This document shows, in pieces, positions 52,128-64,000 of a DNA stretch of 64,000 nucleotides. The translations under genes were made by a program, and so were the position numbers. Numbering within the stretch: the first letter of the stretch is position 1; every line of letters begins with the position of its first letter. Origin of the DNA: Octopus sinensis (lineage: Eukaryota); assembly GCF_006345805.1 (NCBI RefSeq), contig NC_042998.1, positions 93,310,001 through 93,374,000 on the forward strand. The letters are read 5' to 3'. A model generated the notes under the pieces. The model saw nothing but the letters and a program-made list of their open reading frames with translations, was not told where the DNA came from and did not search any database.

Positions 52128-54699
52128 ATCTTGATATATGCACACTTACAAGAGATGTGAACACAGTAACACTACTTATGTCTCCTGTTAACAATATGTA
52201 CCATTGCTTGGTAATTTTGTCATGTGTAAAGACCAACAGAATAAGAATATCTTAACTGAAAATGGGTGAGAGTTACCAACAGGAAGGGCATCTGGCCATT
52301 GGATACTGTCTCAAAAAACTCTTGTTTAGTGCATGCTAGCATTGAAAAGCAGATTTAAAAACGTAGTTGATGATGATGATGATGATTACACACTCCCTAT
52401 CTAAGGGGCAAAAAAACTACACATAGTAAATGCATTTCATTGTTTAAATGTGTTTTGTTATATATAGAATAAATGCATTTCATTGAAGCCTTCACCTTCA
52501 ACAATTGCACTGAAAAAAATCCACAGCAGCAAGATATTTTTTCCAACCAAAGTACCAATGATCATAAGCAAAAGCTATAGTTCTTGAATGAACAGAGTTT
52601 CCTTCTCTTAAATGCTACTGTCAACACAGATAGACACTTCCCACTCAAACACCTAAAGAGAAAATACTTAATATTAGAGCTCAGCTCAGACAAGGCAATC
52701 CTAGAAATTATACAAGTACTAATTCTAAATCAAGGGAAAATTGGTTTTCATTGAAGAGAGTAGAAAATACCTTTTTTTATACTTCTTTTTATTTTCTGTC
52801 TTACCTATAGGTATTGAGTGTCATTAATAATAGCTACTGACCACAGAACCCAAGAAGAAAGGAAAACAGAAAAATTGTATGTAATTGTTATTATTAAGAG
52901 AGTTGTCCTTTGTATAAGACAGACAGGAAGAGATATTTGACAGAAATTACAGCATTTGGTTAACAAGGCCATTATTGGAAATTAAGTAGGCTTACTCTCT
53001 TCAATTATTACTAATGGCAATCACTTACTTCTTTGTTCAGCTTCATAGCTTCAATTGTGTCATTCTAGTTAGTTACTAAGGGGAACAGGAATAAATAGAA
53101 AAATAAAATAAAAATAAAAATAAAGGTGAAAGAAAAGACCTCAGAGAAAAAAATGACAAAGGAAGGTGTTAAATTGAATCACCAACTCCCAAACTTTAGG
53201 CCAACAGGTCAAATAAAAACAAAACTGTCTCTAGCTTCTAGAAAAAAAGAAACAAAACCAATAATGATATCTTAAAATAGATTATCTGATAAAAGTGATA
53301 TTTGCTTAAAATTATTTCACTATTGAAAAACACTTTTATTTCTTATTGTATTCCAATGTTGATGGCTCAATTTAAGTCTTTTTTCTTTTTTTTCAATGTA
53401 CAACTATAAAAGTGCAGAAAATAGATTTTTTCTTCTATAACTTGTTGCATTAGAAAAACCTAGTCAGGTTGAACATTAAAAATATTTTATATTTTGAGTA
53501 AAATGTATAAGAAATTCACATCTCAACCACTTTGCTGCAGATTCAATCACATCGCAGCCAACCAAGGCCTCATGAGTGGATTTGATGAACAGAAACTGAA
53601 AGAAGGCCATCATCATCATCTCTCTCTCTCTCTATCTCTCTCTCTCTCTCAAGTGTTTGTCTGTGCGTTTGTGTCCCTTTTTGATTTCATCCTTTTCGTC
53701 ATCATCATCATCAACCCCTGAACATTACTGCCTTGAATCCTAGGATCCAAATGGCTGGTTACCTGGTTTCCATGATGCAACTGAGATTACCCTCAACCCT
53801 TCCCCTGCTGCTTGCCTGCCCATAGCAGGGTTGCTCATTCACAGCTGAATTGACAGGAGCAATGTCAAAGAAATGTCTTGCTCAAGAACACAATGCAGCA
53901 TCCAGTCCAGGAATCAAAAATTAAAACCCCAATCTTGAAATTATGAATGCCCACCCTCACCTCACCTAGTGGTTCTCAACTGATTTTTTTTCTTTTTACC
54001 TATGGACCTCTTTGATTTATATTTTACTTGGGTGGACCCTCATAAACATTTACTGTTGAAAAATCCAATTATATTTTTATAATTAAATATTATTAGGAAT
54101 TGTATAAATAAAATGTTAAAATATTTTCGGTATTTTAGAAGTATAACCAATTTATTCACACATACACACATGGTTATCTATTTGTAAGTATGTTTTTATA
54201 TCCTTCTCAAGGAATCTATTATTTTTATAAGACTGTTTCTATTTTCAGTTGCCATATTGTGGTTATCTCTATTTACAGATTTTTATAATTAGATAATTTC
54301 TACATTTCTTTGAAAGATAAACAAGATAAATGGAGCTGACCAGAACATCAATGTTGTAACAGTAATGGCTTTAATAGTTGTAGGAAGGTGGGTGTATAAG
54401 AAAAAATAAATGGGGAATTAATAGCTGCTATCTTTACTTCAATGTAACCAACCTGTCTAAGATCAACAGGAAGTAAAACAATAAATTAGTTATAAATATA
54501 TCTTGATGAAGCAATGTAAATTACTTAGAACCAATGAAGAAGGCTCTATATATCCATTAAACTTATTAGAAATAGTAATCAAATCTTCCTTAAATCACAA
54601 TCTCCAATCTTTTTCCCACTGTTTTTCTTTTAAGACTCATTGCTTTCTGTCTTAATGAAAAAATATAGGATGGTCAAAAAGTTTTCATCATAGGTCTGC

Positions 54700-54928
54700 T
54701 TAACCCTTTTGTTACTAACCCAGCTGAAACCAGTTCAGGCTCTGTAGTACAAATGTCTTGTTTTCATACGTTTTGAATTAAAATCTTCCACCAAACCTTA
54801 GTCACAATTTATGTTCCTAACACTAGCTTAATGATAATTAAGTTATTTTACTACATTCTTTGTTATATTTAAGATAATTGAAAGAAACAAAGAGCATCTC
54901 AAAATAAATACTGTAATGAATGGGTTAA
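54700..54928. mobile_element. piggyBac-type MITE (TTAA-CCC...GGG-TTAA)
   Basis: ttaacccttttgttac at 54700 and gtaatgaatgggttaa ending at 54928. Internally related sequence lies at about 13920-14100 and 40190-40420, and similar termini at 22793-23043. Confidence 0.72.
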
Positions 54929-55555
54929 TCATGGCTACTGGTGGCTGAAGGACATCAATAACAACCACAAAAGAAAAGAACAGCAAAACTTTTGAGTGGT
55001 TGTTGATTGTAATAAATGTAAAAGAAAAACAAGTTTCAAATTTTTCAAAAGTTAACTTTTTAAAGTATTTTACAGAATGCCAGTTCTGTAACATTCAATG
55101 CTTTGTGAAGTAATTTTGTTTATGCAGTGTACAAATACCATTTCCATTTACATAAAACAAACTAAAAATTTATTTTAGTTAAAAATGCGGGAAGTATTAC
55201 AACACACACATGTTGATCTACTCAGTTTCATGACTAAAACTTAACAGGAAACATGCCGTTAGTATTGAGTTTTAGGTCAACTAACAAGCTCTTATTTTAC
55301 TGATTTTATTGAAAATTGCTTCCTAGTCTTTTCTGTTTTATTTTATTTATTTGGATAGTCTAGAAACTTTATCTTCTATCTTTTACTTGTTACAGTCATT
55401 GGACTGCAGTCATGTTGGGGCAACGCTTTGTTTTTTATTCTTAAAGTCTGGTGCTTATTCTATCAGTCTTTATTGTGGAACTTCTATGTTATGGGGATGT
55501 AAACACACTAACACTGGATGTCAAGTGGTTGTGGGGAACAAACAAAAATACACAC

Positions 55556-55593
<38 letters not shown>

Positions 55594-55683
55594 CAGGTTA
55601 TTTTAGTTTTCACCTATCAAATCCCCTCACAAAGCTTTGGTGATCCTAAGGCTATAGTAAAAGACACTTGCTCAAAGTGTGAT

Positions 55684-56094
55684 GCTAAAACATTTTTAAG
55701 GATTTAAGGATACAAATTTATATCAAGGATCTTGCAAAATAAATACAAAATCGAAGTAAAATGCAGCTTGTAATTTTATCTTTTTGATTTCTAATGTTGC
55801 TGCAGTGAAGTTAGCCTTTTATTCATTATGAATGTTTAGTAAATATACCATGGTAAACTAGGGCATGGAATTGTCAAAATCCGAAATAAAACCAACACAA
55901 TGTCAATCAAGGATTAAAATTCACATTGTTTTACCTGTAGTCGCTAAAGCTCTATTCTATATTTTAAAATGCCTCGAAGAGGGAAACAATGAAATGCATT
56001 ATAATTTATTATAATTAAATTATGTGGATAAATTGAAAAAATATAATTTTGATTCTAAAACATCAAATATCATACAATTTGAATGGCAAATTTT
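55684..56094 (+). repeat. 411-nt near-identical direct duplicate of 56707-57117
   Basis: Constant offset of 1023 nt; I found one substitution (ctagggc versus ttagggc). Confidence 0.95.
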
Positions 56095-58149
56095 GGTAGA
56101 TAATAATGACCATGTTGTTGGGAAGCAGACTTTTTACCACACAGCCATACAGATCTGATGTTCTTAATACAAAGAATTTCTTTACTATGTAATTCATTTT
56201 CAGGTTTATTTTGTTTAATAAGATGTCACTCTAAATACCAGGCCATACTGAATGATATATTGTGGAGATCTTCATATCTTAACAGGGAACAAAACTACAT
56301 TTATGTTATAGGCAGAGACACACATGAAGTGAGGATCTACCAAAATTTAATTGGAGACAGAGATTCCTGACTTGGCATAATGAAAGGCATAGGAATTGTG
56401 GCTGGTTGAAGAAGACTTGTCAGGTTAATATACCTCATGAAAGGGAACAGGCATACAAATTTTAGAGGTCTAAATGAAGAACTGCACATTTCTAATTTTG
56501 AACATAGGCTGGATGATAATAAAACCCAATGTCTGAGATCAACCCCAAAGATATTGTTGAAGATTATGTGATTAACATGTTGCTTGTATCTAGGGAGGAT
56601 TATTATACATATATTTATTTAAATTTTTATTGGCATAATGATCCTCCTAGACACGGCAAGACTTGTTTCAACAGCGGTGGTGCCCCAGCATGGCCACGGC
56701 CTTCGGGCTAAAACATTTTTAAGGATTTAAGGATACAAATTTATATCAAGGATCTTGCAAAATAAATACAAAATCGAAGTAAAATGCAGCTTGTAATTTT
56801 ATCTTTTTGATTTCTAATGTTGCTGCAGTGAAGTTAGCCTTTTATTCATTATGAATGTTTAGTAAATATACCATGGTAAATTAGGGCATGGAATTGTCAA
56901 AATCCGAAATAAAACCAACACAATGTCAATCAAGGATTAAAATTCACATTGTTTTACCTGTAGTCGCTAAAGCTCTATTCTATATTTTAAAATGCCTCGA
57001 AGAGGGAAACAATGAAATGCATTATAATTTATTATAATTAAATTATGTGGATAAATTGAAAAAATATAATTTTGATTCTAAAACATCAAATATCATACAA
57101 TTTGAATGGCAAATTTTAAAAAAATGTAATTAAATAATGGATCATATAAATGGCTCTCATTCCAAATCTTTCAAAACAAACTTACTAATTGCAACATTGA
57201 CATTAATGTTTTTTGCTATAATTTCACATGAAGAAAGCTGTTTCTAATAATGACTTCCAAAGAATCAAAGTTTGTGATTCTTACAGGCTCATTATTATCA
57301 GCAGCTGTACTAATATAGCATTAAATTATCTGACATTGATTAACAAAGAAACTAAATGGAACATTGACAGTGAGTCACCAAGATCCTAGAGGCGGTTACT
57401 AAATAGTACTCTTGTGAGTTCCACCATTCATTTGCTATGTTGAAGTAGAGTAGGTTTCCTTCAATTCTCTCAGCAATTTACTTGAAATCATGGCAAGGCT
57501 GGGAGAGGAAAACTAATGAGTTGCTGAAGCAAACGGTTTATTTTCTTCTTTTGATTATATTTTGAGCTGTGATGGAGTTGGAGGGGTATACTATGGTTGT
57601 AGCAAACATTTCATAAAAGTAAAGGAAATAACTAATTAATAAGTGTAACTTACTAAGTTGTTAACATGTTTATTCATTCTTTTCAAAATGAGAAGAAAAA
57701 GCAATAGTGATTTTGGTCGGATTTCTTTTCTAATCTAGAAAAAATTTTTTAGCATTTGTAATTTTATGTATTAAACCTTTAATATGCATTGATCAAGAGA
57801 TAATATTAAAAAATTGACAAAGCATTATTATCTTTGATTAGGCATAAAATATTTACACATAGACATAGGCACACAATGAAACAAATAGCCAAGATACAAT
57901 TGTTCCCTGTTTAATGAATGATCTTTACAACTGTTTATAGAGAGTCACTATACTCCTTCATATTCTTCACACAATGAAAAGTTACAATACCAAACCTCAC
58001 ACTGTCTCACCTCACAGATATACACAATAAATGTTATTTACATCATCAAAGGAGTCACCAACCATCACCAACAAGGAGGTATATATTTATCACTGCAATG
58101 CTTGCAAGATGAGCACCTACATACATTGCACAGCCTTCACACTCTCTTC

Positions 58150-59300
58150 TCTCCTAAATTGCTTGCTGGTCCCTTGCCAAGATATGTCTTTACAAACTTT
58201 TCAGATTCTTCCAAGTAACCAGTCCTTTAAAAGGTTCCAGAAAGTATTACTCCTATTAGTAAAGTTCAGTTTTTCTTGCAACTCTACACTGCATACATTT
58301 GCAAAGCATACACCTCCCTAATGCTTCTTCTTCACTTCACCCATATCGCTTACCATATATGCACATTCATCAAATATAAAATCTTCTGATTATCATTATT
58401 CTAATCCAACCACTCCTAATGTTATAACTTTCATTGTCCTCAAGCAATGAGCTTCAGAGTTAGCACTTATCATCTTTACTAAACTCTTTAGTCTTTATGT
58501 ACACTATTTACATTAGTTGAACTGTACTATCTTTCATCTTTCTCTCTCTCTATAGGAATCTATTCCGTTTTATAGAAACATGAAACAGTTTAGCACACAC
58601 AAGAAAAGCATTCTCTGTAACACAGCCGACTATAGTTTTATTGACCTCTAAAAGATTATGGACTAAAAACAGTCTTAAGCAACCAACATCTTTGTTAGCT
58701 TGACCCTATCTTTTCAGTGACCACCAATATGGTTTCCATTCAACCAAATTTACTAGCTATTTGTTATCTTATGTTGCACAATTATTGTTCTCTTACTCTT
58801 CAGAACCTGGTGAAAGTACTATTGTTACACTTGATATGAATAAAGCTTTTGACAGTCTCTGACAAGAAACTTTCTATATAAGTTACCTGTCTATAGTATC
58901 CATCAACTTATTATCTTTTATAATAGAAAATTTTTTCTCAGGCTGTTTATTTGCAGTTTGTGTTGGTAGGTCTTTCCTTTTTATCAACTTGAGTGTATCT
59001 TAGTTTAGTTGTATATACTATGATGTTCTTTCTGAACACTATTACTGTTATTTCTAACTATATTTGCATTCTTATGCAGACGCTACCACTCTTCACAACT
59101 TAACTTTCCACACACAGACACACACACACAAATTATTACCAAGCAATCTATATGCCATATATGCCACAAGCTAGACTTGCTCTGCTTCCATATACAGATC
59201 TCAAATGCATCCTCCAATGGAGACATGACAATCTAGTTTCCTTTAACAGCTCTAAGACCAATCATTATATAATCACATTTCAAGTAAATAATCCTCACTA
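58150..59300 (+). mobile_element. Heavily decayed CR1/Jockey-group LINE RT
   Basis: IVLKQ*ASELALIIFTKLF (about 58430), DHQYGF (about 58720), GESTIVTLDMNKAFD (58810-58853), LHSYADATTLH (about 59064-59096) and DLKCILQWRHDNLVSFNSSKT (about 59197-59258). Confidence 0.82.
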
Positions 59301-60559
59301 CAAATACTAGGATACAATATCTGATGATCTTCTTACATGATCATCTCCTGCATAACTTTGCAAAACCTGCATCCCACAAAATTAGGTTCAACCTAATTTT
59401 GAATTCTGAAAATTCAGAAAACTCGTCTTTTCACAAACTCCAAATAAAACAATACATTTGGAATAGTATTTCTGTTATATATGCACACATAATCTACACC
59501 TTATATACACATAATCTACATCTTATATACATCTGAAATAAGGTCATTCAGGTGATTGGCAGAGATTTGTTACTAACAAACTACAACAAAAACCACAAAC
59601 CTTCTTTCCAATAAAACTCTGTGTATGTGGTGTGTGTGTGTGCACATATGTTTGTATGGACATTGTAAAATTCAAATAGATTCATTTGCATATATGTAAT
59701 TAAAATGTGCTTTGTTGTATCCCCATCAGAATCTGTATAAAAATTCCCCAAGGAGGAGCCAAAATACTACTGCATGTTATAAAATGATTTCAAGGTTATA
59801 ATAAGTATTATAACTTGTTGCATCCTATTTAGGTTGCATTCTAAAAATATCTTAGTGGTGATTTAGGTAACTTGATGCTATTTCTTGATATGTAGACAAT
59901 ATTTCCTTTCAGAAATAAATATAAAAAGTAAAAAAGGAGAAACATATTAAGTTATTTTGTCTTTTGCTTGAACCTGACTTAATTTAATTTTACAAGGACA
60001 AAACTCTCACCACAAAATATTTGGATTACAATTAAATAAAAAATCTTTGAGTTACTAACCTGAGTAAATGAAAATTAGATAATCTGAAATAAGCTTCTTG
60101 AAGCTGGGAAGGGCAGTACCACCATGATTTTGTAGCCATCATGTAGACTGATGGGATTAATACAGTTAAAGCATAATTTGAAATCCTGTACCCTGATAAT
60201 CTTTTTCTTTTATTCTTTACTTGTTTCAGTCATTGGACTGTGGCCATGCTGGGGCACATGTTGAACAACTTGATCCCAGTACTAATATTTTTAAAGCCTG
60301 GTACATATTCTATCAACTTCTTTTGATGAACTGCTAAATTATAGGGGTGTAAGCAATCCAACATTAGTTGTGAAGCAGTGGGGTGCGGTAACAATCACAT
60401 ACACAAAGACACATACATACACACACATATATATACATGCATATGTGTGTGTGTGTGTGTGTGTGTCTGTATGTATGTATATATATATATATATATATAA
60501 TTTTTTTAGAAAATCATAAATCTGGAGAAAAAGCAGACTCTAAGAAGTAGAGCAAACTA

Positions 60560-60866
60560 TATTACTGGTGAAGGCCGCTTTACAGGGTTACCCTGGGTTT
60601 CTCACCATAAAGGGTACCTTTGTGGTGTATTTTCAGACCCTAAGACCAGTTGGCCTACGGCAGCTTTAAAATATGGAGGGGAAAATGATACAGATATAAA
60701 CAATGGGGATTATCAGCAACAAAGGGAGAGAATCCAAATCGTTTATATCTATCGATTTCTCCCTCCGTGTTTTAAAGAGGCCATAGGCCAATATGTCTTA
60801 GGGTTTGAAGATATGCCATAAAGGTACCCTTTGTGGTAGCCCTATAAACTGGCCTTCACCAATAAT

Positions 60867-60867
<1 letters not shown>
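60560..60867. mobile_element. Foldback/MITE-like long inverted repeat, possible TA target duplication
   Basis: Arms of about 130-145 nt (tattactggtgaaggcc...gatataaac versus gtttatatct...ggccttcaccaataata) with a short spacer near 60705-60740. Confidence 0.87.
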
Positions 60868-60897
<30 letters not shown>

Positions 60898-61555
60898 TAT
60901 ATACATATTCATACACTTGCACACATATACACACACACGCACATGTATGATGGGCTTCCTCACAATTTTTCAGCAGTTAAATTTACTCATAAGGCCTGGG
61001 GCTATAGAAGACACTTGCTCAAGGTGTTGTACAGTGGGACTGAACCTGAATTAACATGGTTGCAAAACAAGCTTCTTAACACATACAACAATACCTGCAA
61101 CCATATCTGAAAATAAATAACTAAAGATAATACTGGAACACCTCTGATCAAATAGGATAGTCATGGCTGGAATATCTTTGATCTTGGAACTACACAACCA
61201 GGCCTGGTCCTGTGACTAAACAACAATATGGAAAAATGCATATGGAAACAAAAACTTTTAAGTATAACTTGTTCTCAACTCCTGGAATGGATGCCATTCT
61301 CTAAGGGTGGGATGGGGTGGAGAGGCAAATGGGTATTTTATCTTTTATTTCTTTCAGTCATTAGACTGTGGCCATGCTGGGACATCACCTTGAAGAACTT
61401 TTAGTGGAATTAATCAACCCAAGTGCGTTTTTTATCAACCCAGTATTTATTCAATCAATCTCCTTTGCCAAAACACCAAGTTACAGGGATGTAAACACAC
61501 CAATACCAGTTGTCAAGTGGTGAGAGCAGAGGAAACATAAAGAGACACACAAATA

Positions 61556-61918
61556 TCTCTCTCTATATAAACGGCAGTTTGTCTGTGTGTGTTTCTGTGT
61601 GTCTGTTTGGTTGTACCCTCACCCTGACCACTGCTTTCAACCGATTCTGATGAAACTTGACACACACATAGCCCAATGTCATAATTCAAAACTAACGCAG
61701 CGAAAATTTTGAAAAGTTCCCTCACTTCTGAAAAAAAATCGATAAATTCGACATGGGGTCGAGAATCAGAAACACAAACCCAGACTGTCTAGGGGACGCA
61801 ACTCGACCTTTTTTAACTCTCAAAAAAAATTTACCATCATTTTTTTTCCGCTATAACTCTCTAAAATGCATATAGTTATTTCCTTACAAACCTGAGCAAC
61901 GCCGGGCGATACTGCTAG
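61556..61918 (+). mobile_element. Non-autonomous Helitron (copy 2)
   Basis: Begins TCTCTCTCTATATAAACGGCAG and ends CCTGAGCAACGCCGGG-CGATACTG-CTAG. A|T target site inside the microsatellite region of a SINE. Confidence 0.85.
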
Positions 61919-62040
61919 TATATACATATATATGTGTATATATATATATATATACGAGTATATATATATATATACATATACTCATATATATACACACACA
62001 CAAACATATGCACATACATACAATTTTTATACATATACAT

Positions 62041-62093
<53 letters not shown>

Positions 62094-62273
62094 TCATCAT
62101 CATCATCCGTTTAACGTCCGCTTTCCATGCTAGCATGGGTTGGACGGTTCGACTGGGGTCTGGGAAGCCAGAAGGCTGCACCAAGCCCAGTCTGATCTGG
62201 GAGTGTTTCTACAACTGGATGCCCTTCCTAACGCCAACCACTCCATGAGTGTAGTGGGTGCTTTTTACGTGCC

Positions 62274-62315
<42 letters not shown>

Positions 62316-62512
62316 GACAAGCAAATAAGTACACTGCCTTTGCCACATGCTTTAAGAAGATGAATGTCTCTAACTTAACTTAAAATTATCACAATAAATA
62401 CGTGCTGAATTCGGACAAATAAATGAAAAAGATTCATGAAAAGGTTTAATTACTTATCAATTGATTTCCGGATTAAAGGAAAACTCCTTTTCCCTCCATC
62501 ATATTATATATA

Positions 62513-62545
<33 letters not shown>

Positions 62546-62546
62546 A

Positions 62547-62948
62547 ATATATATCATCATCATCATCATCATCGTTTAATGTCCGTTCTCCATGCTAACA
62601 TGGGTTGGATAGTTCTACCAGGGTCTGGGAAGCCAGGAGGCTGCGCCAGGCTCCAGTCTGATCTGGCAGTGTTTCTACAGCTGGATGCCCTTCCTAACGC
62701 CAACCACTCCGTGAGTGTAGTGGGTGCTCTTTTCATGCCACCAGCACAGGTGCCAGGCGAGGCTAGCAACGGCTACAATCGGTTAGTGCTTTTTATGTGC
62801 CACCGGCACAGAAGCCAGTCAAGGCGACGCTGGCATCGGCCACGTTCGGGTGGTACTTTTTACATGCCACTGGCACAGGTATCACAACTACAATTTCCAT
62901 TTGATTTTTTGATGTTGATGTACTTGACTCAATAGGTCTCCTCAAGCA
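62547..62948 (-). mobile_element. RTE 3'UTR-only copy (same family)
   Basis: Reverse complement matches 32640-33096, including the ggtggca..aaaaagcacc units and (GAT)n tail; (TA)n on both sides. Related copies lie at about 29765-30090 (-), 42933-43085 (+), 45770-46040 (+), 62091-62272 (-) and 63858-64000 (-). Confidence 0.85.
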
Positions 62949-63684
62949 TATATATATATGAAAGCTTCTTTCAGTTTCTGTCCACCAAATCCACTCACAA
63001 GGATTTGATTGACCTGAGACTATAGAAGAAGGCACTTGCCCGAGGTACCACACAGTAGGACTGAACCTGGAGCCATGTGGTTGGGAAGCAAGCCTCTCAT
63101 CACATAGCCATGTCTGTGCCTATAGGTGAGAATTGCTGTGAATTTGTGATGAAACTTATTCTTGATACAAAAAAGCATTTCAGACAGATCCAACTTAGCT
63201 TTGAGTCTTTCAGATGAGATGATGGGTGGGGTGGGATGAATCAAGATATATGGAAAGATACTGCATTGTAAACTAATCCAGCTAATGTAGAGAAGGGTCA
63301 AGAAACTGAGGTCAAAAACAGTGTTGGTAATGACAGGAAAAATCTAATATAAATATTTACTTCACTTCAAAAGTGACAAAATGAGGAAAAGCTTGAGTGA
63401 GAGAAAAAAGCATAGAGAGAATATGGAAGATGAAGGAAAGGAAAGAGAATGGACAAAGAGAGCATGAGGAGAAATGTGATACAGGATGAAATGATTAAGA
63501 GAAATAGAATGACAGAAGAGATTAACTTAAAGGTCCAGTTAGCGGGAGAGAATTTATCCATTGTTATCAGTGACACATTCCATTTACTCTTAGTAAAAAT
63601 GAAGGATATATAGCAATAACAACATAATCCAATATATAGATTACTATACACCCCCCCCCCCGTATGTATATATCATTTCCATTA

Positions 63685-63821
63685 TATATACATATATATG
63701 TGTATATATATATATATATACGAGTATATATATATATATACATATACTCATATATATACACACACACAAACATATGCACATACATACAATTTTTATACAT
63801 ATACATACAATATATATATAT

Positions 63822-63858
<37 letters not shown>

Positions 63859-64000
63859 CATCATCATCATCATCGTTTAACGTCCGCTTTCCATGCTAGC
63901 ATGGGTTGGACGGTTCGACTGGGGTCTGGGAAGCCAGAAGGCTGCACCAAGCCCAGTTGATCTGGGAGTGTTTCTACAACTGGATGCCCTTCCTAACGCC
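63685..64000 (+). repeat. Near-identical duplicate of 61919-62233 (microsatellite plus RTE tail)
   Basis: The same idiosyncratic microsatellite (tacgagta...caatttttatac) and RTE-tail sequence. Differences are limited to repeat counts and about two small indels. It runs off the window end. Confidence 0.92.

Noticed and set aside
55925-55990. Minus-strand donor-like site (ctacag|gtaaaa) in the duplicated block as the missing nvd upstream exon
   Set aside because: All three frames hit stops within a few codons and there is no nvd similarity; a non-coding exon cannot be excluded.

Overview
This is AT-rich, microsatellite- and transposon-saturated eukaryotic DNA. The SINE/LINE landscape suggests an octopus (coleoid cephalopod) genome; that is inference from sequence character only. 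The only host gene I can support is three internal minus-strand exons (13779-13591, 12756-12578, 8978-8733) of a Rieske-type cholesterol 7-desaturase (neverland/DAF-36 family). They splice in frame, carry a complete Rieske [2Fe-2S] motif, and show an unusual Glu->Leu change in the mononuclear-iron motif. I could not find the first or last exons, so the gene probably extends beyond the window. The rest is largely mobile DNA: a decayed Tc1/mariner; a young, still-open R4/Dong REL-endonuclease retrotransposon sitting in (TAA)n plus an old copy; several RTE, CR1/L2-like and Penelope-like fragments; two non-autonomous Helitrons with different internal modules; several foldback/MITE-like inverted repeats; at least four tRNA-SINE families; and two near-identical local duplications. 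The most notable patterns are two apparent SINE-LINE shared-tail partnerships, RTE copies flanked by (TA)n on both sides, and the variant desaturase active-site motif. I see no evidence for a wholly new multi-gene system. Almost all ORFs in the supplied track are microsatellite or repeat artefacts.
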